From the NCBI GenBank assembly GCA_964016885.1, contig OZ024755.1, forward strand, positions 4,030,001 to 4,094,000: DNA of 64,000 bases, given 5' to 3'. The first letter of the stretch is position 1; each line of letters opens with the position of its first letter. The position numbers and the translations under genes are program-made. This document shows, piece by piece, positions 1-11,672 of this stretch. Below the pieces are notes generated by a model, which saw only the letters and a program-made list of their open reading frames with translations, had not been told where the DNA came from and ran no database searches. Source of the stretch: Eledone cirrhosa. Taxonomy: Eukaryota.

Positions 1-480
1 TACGAAGAAGAAGAAGAAGAAGCCAGCTATAGCAAAATATAAATAACTGTACTATACTGTAATGCATCATATTTTGTCATTACAGTATTTTGTTGCTGAG
101 TCGGTGTTTTTCACGATATAACTACACAAGATTAAGCAGTACATTACTTGACAACATGCAACTAAACAATGTGATCATTATTATCCAATTTGAAAACTTG
201 TTTCTGCTTTATTTTAGAAAATGGAAAGAGTGTAAGAATTGTTAATTCCTGATATTTATCATCTCGCATGAAAATATAATATTAGGAATTTACGTTGTTT
301 GTTTGTTGGTTTGTTTGTTTGTTTGTTTATCATTATAAATACATGGCATTTGTATATATACATGGTATATACATTATATATACATACATACGTAAGAGCA
401 AGCAGACACACACGCGTATCTATTCACATTTACGTACGCTCATACATCCATTCACACATATACACACACAAATATGTATG

Positions 481-517
<37 letters not shown>

Positions 518-739
518 GTGTGTGTGTGCGTGTTTATATATATATATTATAAAGCGTCGGACCCGACAGATGAGCTCTTGCCGTTTCTTCATCTAGTTCC
601 AGCCGTCGATTTAAACTGGTTTTATCGTTATATATATATAAATATAAATATATATACAATCAAATATAAATGCAGAGACAAGCACCATTCACACACTCAC
701 ATACACACACTCACATACACATACATACATACATACATA

Positions 740-1697
740 CATGGTGGCTGCCAACTCGTTTTCGAGTACGGCCACTACTTTATATCCATGTAGGAGAACC
801 CCTACCGATGCGCTGAACGAGTGTGACTTTTTAGTCCAGCCAGCGACTTGAAAACTCTGGTACAAACACTACACTTGTGACAATTATTGACACATAGTGC
901 TGGGCCCATGGTACCATGTGACGACAAGTGCAGAGAGATCTCCAGATATAAAGCAATGCCTGTGCCGTGAAGCTTTTATAGTGAGCAAAGGCACTGCACA
1001 AAGCCAGTCCCACTCTCTTAACCAAGATACATACATATATACACACATACATACATATATACATACATACATACATATATACACACATGGTGGCTGCCAA
1101 CTCGTTTTCGAGTACGGCCACGACCTTATATCCATGCAGGAGAACCCCTACCAATGCGCTGAACGAGTGTGACCCTCTAGTCCAGCCAGCGTATTGAAAA
1201 TTCTGGCACAAACACTACACCTGTGACAACCATTGACACATAGTGCCGGGCCCATGGTACCATGCGACGACAAGTGCAGAGAGATCTCCAGATATAAAGC
1301 AATGCCTGTGCCGTGAAGCTTTTATAGTGAGTAAAGGCACTGCACAAAGCCAGTCCCACTCTCTTAACCAAGATGATATTTACCAAAAAGAAGAACAAGT
1401 CATCATCATTGGATACCATCAGGGTTGCAGGTGTTATATCAGAGTTTTCCTTCTCCTAGAATTCTGCCTTGACAAAGGCTAAGGGGTCATCTCTCCCGGT
1501 GATTTTGGATGGCCATTGACTCTTAAGAGCTCCTTTGCCCTTTGACAGGTTTTGTTTTTAGTCCTGCAGGATGTCCAAAGTCACCCTCCTCACCAAGAAA
1601 CCTTGGTGGGGTTGCCAGTTTAGTCGCCAACGACCCGACCGTGAGACAGGTTGTACTGGGATACATGTTACCAGTAGCACCAACTGGTGACCTGACA
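740..1697 (-). mobile_element. Non-coding interspersed retroelement, possibly RTE-related, with (ATGT)n tail; ~610-bp copy (1086-1697) plus a second 3' copy (740-1028)
   Basis: Near-identical blocks 740-1028 and 1086-1375; reverse-complement copy at 24077-24534. CTAGGAGAAGGAAAACTCTGA recalls RTE 5' regions (from memory, unverified). Confidence 0.7.
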
Positions 1698-1876
1698 CAT
1701 ACATACATAGATACATACATTTTCGCACTGTTTCCATTCACTAAATTTCACTCGCGAGGCATTGGTCACCCAAAGACAGAGAGAGGGGGGTAGATAGATA
1801 GATAGACAGAGAGATAGATAGACAGATAGACAATTAGACAGATAGATAGACAGATAGATATATATAGAGAGAGATG

Positions 1877-2111
1877 ATTGTTTCTACTTTTGGCACAACG
1901 CCAACAATTAATTCAGTACATTACTGGTAATTTATTTTATCTACCCCGTAAGGATGAAAGGCAAAGTTAACCTCGGCGGGATTTGAACTCAGATCGTAAA
2001 GGGACGTAACTACGCTGGAAAGCATGGCGTCCGACCCTCTACCGATACTGCCAATCCACCGCCCTAGCATAGCGTCCGACCCTCTACCGATACTGCCAAT
2101 CCACCGCCCTA
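1877..2111 (-). mobile_element. SINE family 1 with duplicated head
   Basis: Reverse complement of the family consensus; GCGTCCGACCCTCTACCGATACTGCCAATCCACCGCCCT occurs twice. Confidence 0.9.
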
Positions 2112-2630
2112 ACAGAGAGAGATAATGTTATAACATCTGCTACAAGACATCAGACATCTCAACCTTTATTTCATGTGACATTAATTGGAATGGTGAATGT
2201 TATTGTTGTGACTGGTATTGATGATGTCTCTCTCTCTCTCTCCCTCTCTCTCTCTCCCTCTCTCCCCCCTCTCTCTCTCCCTCTCTCTCTCTCCCCCTCT
2301 CTCTCTCCCTCTCTCTCCCCCCTCTCCCCATATCTCTCCCTCTCTCTCCCCCCTCTCCCCATCTCTCTCTCTCCCCCCTCTCCCCATCTCCCCCCTCCCC
2401 CCACATCTCCCTGTCCCCCCCTCCCCCTTCCCCCTCTCCCTCATCTCCCCCTCCCCTCCCCCTCCCCCTCTCACTCTACGACAGGCCGATTAGATGTATT
2501 CCTGGAATGATTGATTCCTACATATTCCCAATAACCAGTTGGAATGAGTCTGTAAGAATTAAATCACTTTTATCTAAAGACATAAGAAAACACTTGAGGC
2601 CAGATTTGATCTAACGGCTCGTATTTCCAC

Positions 2631-2669
<39 letters not shown>

Positions 2670-2869
2670 CACACACGCACACGCACACGCGCACGCGCGC
2701 ACGCACGCACACGCACACACACGCACACGCATACACACACATCCATACATATACATATATAAAAAATTGGTTGTTTTGGAAGCCTCAACAATGCAGATGG
2801 GTAAATCTCCAGGTAACAAAATCAGGTGGTGATGAGAGAGATGTAAGAGGAAATGTAGAATGAGACGCG

Positions 2870-2985
2870 GATTACAGAGTCAGGTCAAATCGATACAGAT
2901 CGAACCTTGAGCTGGTCAGTGACGAAACGCGCGTCACCAACCAATAAACGTAATGAAGGAGTAACCAATCGTCCTTGTTATCTTA
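2870..2985 (+). mobile_element. Family C fragment
   Basis: GATTACAGAGTCAGG...GAAACGCGCGTCACCAACCAATAAACGTAATGAAGGAGTAACCAATCGTCCTTG, homologous to 22000-22100 and 53990-54110. Confidence 0.7.
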
Positions 2986-2991
2986 TTTATC

Positions 2992-3063
<72 letters not shown>

Positions 3064-3176
3064 GCCATTCGGTAGTGGTTGGCGAGACTCTAAAACTTTG
3101 TTAAATGGTGACTGTTTGTGATGGCTCTTTTACTCTCTGAATATTTAACTTTTAATTTGCAATGCTATTTTCATAA

Positions 3177-3216
<40 letters not shown>

Positions 3217-3669
3217 ACACACACACTACAATGTCCGCTTTCATTCTACGGGAACTAGCGAGAGTTAAACGACCATGACGAAATCGAAACAGGCTGTTGT
3301 CTGGAATATACCTCAAGGGAATCCAAAACTACAGTCATACAAATAATACTAATAATGGTTAGATTAAAGATAAGCTAATATAAAATGTATATGATGAAGA
3401 AATTAAGAACTAATTCGTAAACATGAGGTGTTCTCAAACGGTAAATTGGGAGCTTTGAAGATAACTTTCTAGTTAAGTTCGGTCCCTCGTTGTTGGGGAA
3501 AATAACAGAGACAATCAAAGAAAACGAATCATGATTCCATCATAGAATCTTCATTAGATAGTTATTATTGAATTCAGATAACTGGTTATTCATTTTTATT
3601 GGACCTATATTAATATGATAAGTTGATACGTGGTTGTCTTGTAATTGCTTCTATCATAGTGGAGGTCTG

Positions 3670-4165
3670 GAAACGATCGACAAGTTCCCAGACTTCATTC
3701 GTTTACAGAGTAGGGTGGAAATCGTTAAAACAGATCAAGTAAACAATGTTTCTATTTGTCTTTCCATTGCTGATATTATCTACTGGTCACAATTCCAGGC
3801 AGAGCATACATACATACATAGAAATACATATATGTATACACACAATCATATATATATATATATATATGGGAGTGAAATTGAGCAACAAGATCCCAGATCT
3901 CATCCACTTAACGAATAGGGTGGGAATCGTTAAATCGGATCAAGAAAACAATGTTTCCATTGGTCTTTCCATTGCTGATACTATCTACCAGCCACAACTC
4001 CTGGCAGAAACAGCAACTCTCAAATCAGACCAAAGAAACAATGTTTCCATTGGTCTTTCCATTGATAATACTATCTACCAGACGCAACTCCAAATCGGAC
4101 CAAGGGAACGATGTTTCTATTGGTCTTTCCATTGATGATACTATATGCCTGTCGCTCCTGACAGA
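3670..4165. repeat. Four imperfect tandem copies of a dispersed module
   Basis: Repeated ATC(A/G)GA(T/C)CAAG..AACAATGTTTCCATTGGTCTTTCCATTG.TGATACTATCTAC. Confidence 0.8.
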
Positions 4166-4379
4166 AAACGTATAATCAAGATTTATGGACAATTATTTTT
4201 TTTCAATTACACAGAGCTTTCCTATATATTTCTTAGATATTTAGGCTATACTTAAGATGCTACCCGTTAGGGGCCGTTCTTTATGGTCCATCAACACTTT
4301 GGTTATAATTTGAACCTTTTTTCGACGCACCAAACTGATACCCCACACATCATTAATATATCAAGGGTATCAGAGCAAT

Positions 4380-4598
4380 ATCGATGGAACGTCAGAAAAC
4401 ATGCTTTATGGCATAGAGTTACAGCCCTTTACAATCTGGGTTTAAATCCTGCCGAGGTTAGCTTTGCCTTTCATCCTTACGGAAGTCGATAAAATAAAGT
4501 ACCAGTAATATACTGGAGTCAATTTAGTCGACTCCCCCCCCACACACACACACACATACACCCAAAATTGTAGGCCATGTGCTTAAATAAGAAACCAA
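4380..4598 (+). mobile_element. SINE family 1, diverged
   Basis: Conserved body GCTTTGCCTTTCATCCTTACGG...AAAATAAAGTACCAG. Confidence 0.8.
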
Positions 4599-5312
4599 TA
4601 TATCAATAGTATTGATATATTGGTACTTCTCTTAAAATTTTACATTTGATTGGAGAATAACATTTATTTCTAAACAAAGACTTATAGTTTAGATAAACAA
4701 AAGTCAAATAAATCAAATGATTGTTTCTTATTTTACAGAGTCTGTTTGAATTGAAAAACAATTAATATTTATGAGATTTAAACCCAGAAAAGAATGACAA
4801 AATTAATTAGTTCATTGTTTTAATGTTTCTTTCATTGTATCACCAGTTTGTCTTCAAATAATACCTAATGATTTGATAATTATAAAACTATTTACACAAT
4901 TACAAATTGATGCTAGTTATTACAGTAGTCCCCTGTCGCTTACACAAGTCTAAAAAACAAAACCTTTATAATAAAAACCTGATCAAAGAGAATATTTAGA
5001 CAGTTTTTAGTGTTTGATAACGGACGTGTGAAAATGAAAAATAACAGGGAAGAACCAATTATTGTATACTTGCAACATTAAGGTGACTAAATCGATACTT
5101 GGAAGTTTTGTTAGTTGATTTATAGATTATTGGTTTACATCTATAAAGATATATATTCAGGCCTTTCATATCTAATAAAGTCAATTCTAACATGTTGACT
5201 AGTTAAATGGTATTCCTAGGAGATTCGCATTTCAATATCAATTTTAACCACTGTTGCATAAACTCAGTAATTGTGAAAAGTAGTTGTTAGCTTCAGCGTT
5301 ATTTGTGATATA

Positions 5313-5490
5313 ATATTTTCTACTTTTGGCACAAGGCCAGCAATTCACCAGTGTATTACTGGTAATTTATTTTATCGACCCCGTAAGGATGAAAGGCAAA
5401 GTTAACCTCGGCGGGATTTCAACTCAGACCATAAAAGGCCGTAACTCTTTGCTGCAAAGCATGGCGTCCGACCCTTCTACCGATGCTGCC
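5313..5490 (-). mobile_element. SINE family 1
   Basis: Matches the family body on the minus strand. Confidence 0.9.
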
Positions 5491-5510
5491 ATAATAAAAT
5501 ACGAAATGTA

Positions 5511-5689
5511 CCGCATTTCCGTATTTGCCGGCACCGAAGACGCTTCGTCCTCGAGGATGCACCCTAATTTTGACAACCAAAAATTTGAAATAAATAATAA
5601 ATAAACAACCTTCGGCCTCCAGGACGCATGGTAGATTTTTTAAACTTATTTTAGGGAAAAAGTAGCGTCTTCGGCGCCGGGAAATACGG
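5511..5689. mobile_element. MITE, Tc1/mariner superfamily (Tc2/pogo-like CCGTATTT ends)
   Basis: TA-CCGCATTT-CCGTATTTGCCGGCACCGAAGACGCT ... AGCGTCTTCGGCGCCGGGAAATACGG-TA. Confidence 0.8.
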
Positions 5690-6204
5690 TAAGTTTGAAA
5701 GTAGAGACAACGGAGAGGAGTTCTAGCTAGATCCTGTCAACAAAATCTCCATACGGTTTAAATACACAAGTTTCTGGTATCTGAATGGCTAAATGTCAGC
5801 AGAAGACCCAGGAGTCTTTATAGTCGACTTTCTTTCCCCCCCCCCCCCTAAATTGTTGGCCTTGTGACAATGTTAGAAATCATTATTATTATTATTATTA
5901 TTATTGAATGCCATGGTTGACGGAGGCTCGGCTCTGTAAGGTATAGTAATTTTTAACCGTTAAAACAATTGTAAATTGTTTAAAACTTGAACCAAATTGT
6001 TGATAAAGACACCCTCCTCCTCGTGAGAGGGGTCTTTCTGTCCGTTATTTGGCCCTTCGGGGTTAAATAGCCAGTTATTGGGGTTTTGTACCCAAAATTT
6101 CATTTTAAACAAAAAAACATGGCTACCAAAAAAAAAAATTTCACACGTCACTCCCACTCATTCCGTCTTCTTCTTCCTCAATCATCACTACAGGAGAGAG
6201 AAGA

Positions 6205-8217
6205 TTGTCTCTCTCCCTCCCTTCTTTAAATGTGTCTCTCTCCCTACCTTCTCTTTCGCAAGCGACGAAAGAAAAGAAAAGTCTCGTGCAAAGCGTGCAA
6301 GGTTTCTCCACGACGACGACGACAGCGACGAAACAGGTGTGCGGGAAATACGAAAACCCAGTTCATTCGTCTGACGTCAGGAATAATAGCAGTAGCAGCC
6401 GTAATAACAACAGCAACAGTGACAATGAAAACAACAGTAGCAGCCGCAACAGCATCACCAGCAGCATAAACAACAACAGCATTAGCAGCAGCAACACCAA
6501 CAACAACCACAGCAACAGCGGCGGAGGCAGTAGTCGTAGTACCTGCAGCAACAACAAAAGTACCAGCAGCTCTGACGACAACAACAACAGCAGAGAAAAA
6601 CCAATCTCATTTGCAGGTATTGCGAAAAACCTGGAAACAATCCTCATAACAAATGAGGAATTAGAGGAAGCGAAGAAGATGGTGACAAAGAACGGACACC
6701 GAGCAATCTGCAAGGCAGCGAAAAATTTTTTCGAAACCCAAGAGCACTGTACGGTCACGTACCGTACAGTAAGTACAAAATCCCGTAGGGTGGAAAGAGC
6801 CACAGAGGCCCAAATACAAAAAGCCTTGGGGTCTGTGTGGCAGAGGAAAACGCACATCACCCGAGGCAAAAAATACGCCACCGTAGACGTACTTTTTGCC
6901 ACACCCCAGGAGGCAAAGGCCCAATCAGTAGTGACCCTAAGGAGCGAGGAAATGGTGTTGGTGCCCTCCTACTGCGGGCAAAAAATTGTGAGGGTCAAAC
7001 TGACCCACGTCCCCCCCGGAATGACCCCTTCTTGGCTGGCCGCGTCTGTCCTCGTCGGAATCGAGGACAAAACAACTGTACTGCAAGTACAGAAAAAAGT
7101 AAGAGAAGATTGGGTCGGCTCCTCCATTGAGATGCTAATCCAAACCAACCAGGAGTGCATCGAAGCTATCCCGGATGTGATAGACTTCGATAACGGCACT
7201 CAACTGCCCATAAGTGTTGAGGGCAAACGCCCGAAATGCTTTCGCTGTGGATCGAAGACTCACCTCAGGGCCTTCTGCAACGAGAAGACCCTGAGAAAGG
7301 AGAAAACCCCCCTCCTCCCGAATCCGGTTCCACGGCTACCAGCAACAGGACAAGCGGCAACCAGGAACGATAGGTCCGTGGCACCCATACCCACTCCACG
7401 GAAATCAAAGACAGCAGCAGCAGTGGAAATATTAACAACAACAACAGCAATACCAAATGCAGCTGCAACAGAGACTCCAGTGCAAACATCACCAACAACA
7501 ACAAGTGAAAGAGTGGAGCTGGTACCCCTCCCCGACCTTACAGAATCAGACATGGAGTGTGAGGTGGGAGAGGGATGGCAAAAGGTCTCAAGAAGGCACA
7601 AACGCAGAAGCAGCGCATCGTCGCCTTTGAAAAGGGAGGAAAGAAATGAGAAAAGGGTAAAGTCTACTGCAAAGAGACCCACAGCAGCAACACCACCAAC
7701 ACCATCACCACCCACACCAGCACCACCATCAGCACCGGCGACAACCCCACCGCCAACAACACCTTCAACACCACCACCACAAGCACCAACATCGCAAACA
7801 CAACAACAAAACACACACACCCAGCAACAACGACAAGAAAATAGTAGAACCACACCCCACCCCCAGAAAAACAAATGCACGGCAATAAATACACACAACA
7901 AGAAACTAATGACTTACATAATTGAACACACAGACATTTCACAACAGGACTACATAATACCAGCACCAATCAAAACGCCAACTAACATAAGACTGCTAAA
8001 AATAGCACAGAAACAATACACAAATATTAAAACGAAATTCCCCAACGCAGTTGGTGATTTCAGGGACCTAGGAGGAACCATCAATCGAAGAGTATACTCA
8101 GACATTCTCTTAGAAGAGCCGACGACCAGCCGAAGGGACGATTCAACGGTCCCTTCACCAGACGATCAAGTGAAAAGGGATGTAAAAACCATCCCTCCTC
8201 TACCAAAAGTACGGTAA
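6205..8217 (+). CDS. LINE ORF1, gag-like nucleic-acid-binding protein (start uncertain)
   Basis: 670 open codons; zinc knuckle CFRCGSKTHLRAFC (CX2CX4HX4C, 7237-7278); S/N-rich N-terminus, P/T-rich C-terminal part, basic WQKVSRRHKRR motif. First in-frame ATG is at 6679, but the frame is open from 6109. Confidence 0.88.
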   Translation: MSLSLPSLNVSLSLPSLSQATKEKKSLVQSVQGFSTTTTTATKQVCGKYENPVHSSDVRNNSSSSRNNNSNSDNENNSSSRNSITSSINNNSISSSNTNNNHSNSGGGSSRSTCSNNKSTSSSDDNNNSREKPISFAGIAKNLETILITNEELEEAKKMVTKNGHRAICKAAKNFFETQEHCTVTYRTVSTKSRRVERATEAQIQKALGSVWQRKTHITRGKKYATVDVLFATPQEAKAQSVVTLRSEEMVLVPSYCGQKIVRVKLTHVPPGMTPSWLAASVLVGIEDKTTVLQVQKKVREDWVGSSIEMLIQTNQECIEAIPDVIDFDNGTQLPISVEGKRPKCFRCGSKTHLRAFCNEKTLRKEKTPLLPNPVPRLPATGQAATRNDRSVAPIPTPRKSKTAAAVEILTTTTAIPNAAATETPVQTSPTTTSERVELVPLPDLTESDMECEVGEGWQKVSRRHKRRSSASSPLKREERNEKRVKSTAKRPTAATPPTPSPPTPAPPSAPATTPPPTTPSTPPPQAPTSQTQQQNTHTQQQRQENSRTTPHPQKNKCTAINTHNKKLMTYIIEHTDISQQDYIIPAPIKTPTNIRLLKIAQKQYTNIKTKFPNAVGDFRDLGGTINRRVYSDILLEEPTTSRRDDSTVPSPDDQVKRDVKTIPPLPKVR

Positions 8218-8252
8218 GTGGTCTTTCCCATCTTTTCCACTCTATTTTAAAC

Positions 8253-11200
8253 ATGACCTCACTCAGAATAGGCAGCATAAATGCGCGTGGCTTGGGGTCG
8301 TCATGGAAGCAGGGTCACCTGCTCAACGACCTCAGGTCACTAAACATAGATGTAGTGGCCATCAGCGAGACCAGAATCTCCGAAGCACGGGCCTTCGCAC
8401 CGATCTTCGGCGGCTACGATGTGTACGCATCTCCCAGCCGTCCTGGATCCGGTGGAGGAGTTGCTGTACTTTTTCGGAGAGGTTTGGATCTCGCCATACG
8501 GGCCATCTTCCTGGACCCAGAGGGTAAGCTGGTGGTGCTGGACGTGACCAGCGGAGACGGGCAAGCTTTCAGGCTAGTGGCCGTCTATGCCCCGACAGGA
8601 GCAGGGCGGCCTGATTTCTTCCGGCGTCTGGAGACCTTTCTTGGAACGTCGCGCTCTTTAGTGTTAGTGGGCGACTGGAACGGGATCTTAGATGCACGCT
8701 GGGACTGTGTGGGATTAGCGGATAGGGGTGGAGGGTGCAAGAGCCTCACCAACCTGCTCAGGCGTTTTGAACTGTCTGACAGGTACCGATTGGATTTCCC
8801 GAATGTGCCAATGTGGACTTGGACAAACCGCATAGGGTCATCCAGATCATATCTAGATAGAGTATTTTGTAGGGAAATAGATAGGTCTAGCATAGGCTGT
8901 CCACAATTCAAGATAGTCAGCTACACGGACCACAAATTCGTGATCTGTGTGCTTGACTTAGATAGGCTTCATAGACGAGGACCCGGCTACTGGAAGCTAA
9001 ACGCGTCCTTACCAGCGCGCAAGGCCTACAGAGACCGGATTAGCGAACTAGTTAAGCGGGCGTTGACGGGGGCCATCGTCAACAACAAGTGGTGGTTTGC
9101 TCTGAAAAGAGCGATTAGAATAGAATCGATTAGGTTTAGTAAGGCTTTAGCAATAGAGAAAAATAGAGCAGAGGGAGAACTAGTTAGAAAATTAGACGAG
9201 GCGCTTAGCAAAGGCATTGCGACCGACGTGCTTGCGGCGAAATTGGCCCTTGACCAATTCTTCAATGCAAAGCACGAAGGCTGCGTTGTCAGAGCTAGGG
9301 TGCGTGCTCTCAGACACGAGGGGACGAAAGCCGTTCAATGGGCCCGAGTGGCGGAGGCGCGTCGTGGCAACAAAGCCACGATCCGGTCTTTGGTGGACCA
9401 CGACGGGCGCATGCTACTCGATCCCGGGCAAATGTGTGAAGCTTTTCAGCGACACTTCGCTCAGCTGTTCGGGGGCAGCGGGGGGCCGGGTAGAGGGATG
9501 GACTTTAGTGTCTACCTCGACGGGCTGCCGCGGCTCTCGGCCACTGAGGCGAGGTGTTGCGAAAAGCCGATAACAGCCGCTGAAGTACGGGAGGCAATGA
9601 CTGGCTGCACAAGGGGTAAATCGCCTGGTTTGGATGGTCTGCCCTATGAACTTTACGTACAGATGCCAAACTTGTTCGGAGGCCTCTTGGCGGACGTCTA
9701 CTGCAACTGGCAACAGAACGGGAGAATTCCCAGTTCTGTGAGCCGAGGAGCGGTGGCACTGCTGAGAAAGGATCCGAACAAGGGGGATAACATAGACAAT
9801 TTCCGGCCCATAACTCTGCTAAACACAGAGTTTAAGATTTTGGCCAAGGTGCTAGCAAAGAGGTTGGCGCTTGTCGTTGGTGGTCTGGTGGGAGAGGCGC
9901 AGACATGCGCCATTCCCGACAGATCCATCCACGACAACCTCCACCTCATGCGATACATCGTAGAGAGGGTAGCTAGGGAACCTGGCACGGGTGGGTCCTT
10001 GATCAATTTAGATCAGTCGAAAGCTTTCGATAGGGTCGACCATCGTTACCTAGCGGCAGTCCTGAGGGCGGCTGGCTTTGGGCCCGTCTTCAGAGGCTGG
10101 ATCGCTGCCATGCACAGCGACATCTGCTCTGTGGTGAGAGTGAACGGTCACCTGTCGGAACCGTTCAACATCATGCGCTCGGTCCGCCAAGGATGTCCCC
10201 TCTCGTCCCTCTTGTACGTATTGACTCTCGAGCCATTACTGCACAAACTGGAGACGTTGAGGGGAGTCCCGCGCGAACTAGGATGCGGAAGATCCGTGTC
10301 AGCATATGCGGACGATGTCACCGTAGTGGTGTCGAACGCCAAACACATCGAGGCGATCGGCACTACACTAAGAGAATACGAAGCGGTGACAGGAGCAATG
10401 ATCAACCAGGAAAAGTCAGTGGGCCTGCAGCTCGGCACCTGGAGAGGCAGGTCCATGCCGTCCAACAGCGTCGTCGGGCGCTGGACGGACGGACCGGTTA
10501 AATTGCTAGGGGTCTGGTTCGGTCCGGACCTCCAGACGGACAAAAACTGGGACGAGGTGACGAGCAGGGTGGCTTCTCTCACCCAGAAATGGGCGGAGAG
10601 GAAGCTATCCCTGAAAGGTCGAGCGGAGGTGGCTAACGCGTACATCGCGTCTGTCATCTGCTACCGCCTAACCGTCGTACCTTGTCCTAAGCCTCGCCTG
10701 ACTGCGCTGGAGCGTTTGCTCTTTCGCTTTTTGTGGAAGGGACGTGCTCCGATGGTCAGGCGGTCCATCTGTTGTCAACACCCGCTACGTGGAGGGCTGG
10801 GCATGCCGTGGCTGATGATGCGCAGGCACGCGCTCAGGCTACGACATCTCCACCTCTTCCTCGACGGTGATCAGGTGTGGTCGCCGTTTGCTAGACGCGT
10901 TTTTCCCCAGCTCGTTTCCTTGACGGAGCTGCAGTCCTGGGTCAAGCGAAGACCGAGAGGGAGCGCCTGGAGACTGGAATGTCTTCAGGCGCTCACAGCC
11001 CTCGACCAATCGGGCAATGTGATCGGTGGAAACTCCACCTCGGCGTTCTATAGAGGATTAGTGGAGGGGAAGAGCGACGACGTACTTGGGGAAACTCTAG
11101 GCGTCGACGAAAATCAACTAGCCAATCTCTTCGGAAGAACTTTCGGGCCGGGGCCTATGGACAACTTCCAGAAATCTCTGGCCTGGCAGTGCTACCGAGG

Positions 11201-11672
11201 AGCCTTGCCAGTTCGGGATAAACTCTACAGGCATGGAGGTGCCGTCAGCCGGGCATGTCCGAGATGCGCGCAGGGCGACGAAACCGTCCTGCACGCACTC
11301 GTCCAGTGTCCGAAAATTGCTGACTTGTGGGTTTATGTCGAACACCTGCTGTCGCGTTTAGGACGGATCCAGCTATCATCTGAGTCTATCGTGAGGATTG
11401 CCCCGCCCTCCTCCTTTAGCCGGGAAGGGCAGGCAGTTTTTATCTGTCTGGTGGCCATGGCGAAAGAGATAGTATGGTGGACACGTTTGAAAGGGCTGAA
11501 GACGAGCACTTACCTCTTCGGTGATGCTCTGATTGACTTTTTCAAATTTCATTTGAAAAGGAAAATCAGAGTAGAAAAGGAAGTGCTCTCTTCCCAGCAT
11601 TTTGTTGAAAGATGGGTGAGAGAAGCAAGAATGGCCCGAGTGAATGGGCCGACTCTGAGTATATATCTGTAA
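8253..11672 (+). CDS. LINE ORF2: APE endonuclease, reverse transcriptase and C-terminal zinc finger
   Basis: APE motifs INARGL, SETR, VYAP, GDWN, YLDR, TDH; RT motifs KSPGLDGL, FRPITLLN, DQSKAFDRVDH, QGCPLS, YADD; C-terminal CPRC...ETVLHALVQC. 1139 codons without interruption. Confidence 0.97.
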   Translation: MTSLRIGSINARGLGSSWKQGHLLNDLRSLNIDVVAISETRISEARAFAPIFGGYDVYASPSRPGSGGGVAVLFRRGLDLAIRAIFLDPEGKLVVLDVTSGDGQAFRLVAVYAPTGAGRPDFFRRLETFLGTSRSLVLVGDWNGILDARWDCVGLADRGGGCKSLTNLLRRFELSDRYRLDFPNVPMWTWTNRIGSSRSYLDRVFCREIDRSSIGCPQFKIVSYTDHKFVICVLDLDRLHRRGPGYWKLNASLPARKAYRDRISELVKRALTGAIVNNKWWFALKRAIRIESIRFSKALAIEKNRAEGELVRKLDEALSKGIATDVLAAKLALDQFFNAKHEGCVVRARVRALRHEGTKAVQWARVAEARRGNKATIRSLVDHDGRMLLDPGQMCEAFQRHFAQLFGGSGGPGRGMDFSVYLDGLPRLSATEARCCEKPITAAEVREAMTGCTRGKSPGLDGLPYELYVQMPNLFGGLLADVYCNWQQNGRIPSSVSRGAVALLRKDPNKGDNIDNFRPITLLNTEFKILAKVLAKRLALVVGGLVGEAQTCAIPDRSIHDNLHLMRYIVERVAREPGTGGSLINLDQSKAFDRVDHRYLAAVLRAAGFGPVFRGWIAAMHSDICSVVRVNGHLSEPFNIMRSVRQGCPLSSLLYVLTLEPLLHKLETLRGVPRELGCGRSVSAYADDVTVVVSNAKHIEAIGTTLREYEAVTGAMINQEKSVGLQLGTWRGRSMPSNSVVGRWTDGPVKLLGVWFGPDLQTDKNWDEVTSRVASLTQKWAERKLSLKGRAEVANAYIASVICYRLTVVPCPKPRLTALERLLFRFLWKGRAPMVRRSICCQHPLRGGLGMPWLMMRRHALRLRHLHLFLDGDQVWSPFARRVFPQLVSLTELQSWVKRRPRGSAWRLECLQALTALDQSGNVIGGNSTSAFYRGLVEGKSDDVLGETLGVDENQLANLFGRTFGPGPMDNFQKSLAWQCYRGALPVRDKLYRHGGAVSRACPRCAQGDETVLHALVQCPKIADLWVYVEHLLSRLGRIQLSSESIVRIAPPSSFSREGQAVFICLVAMAKEIVWWTRLKGLKTSTYLFGDALIDFFKFHLKRKIRVEKEVLSSQHFVERWVREARMARVNGPTLSIYL

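Noticed and set aside
6012-6040. CTC-CTCCTCGT-GAG resembling HDV ribozyme P3/L3 in the LINE 5' UTR
   Set aside because: No matching P1, P1.1 or P2 partners found; it is explained by a simple hairpin.
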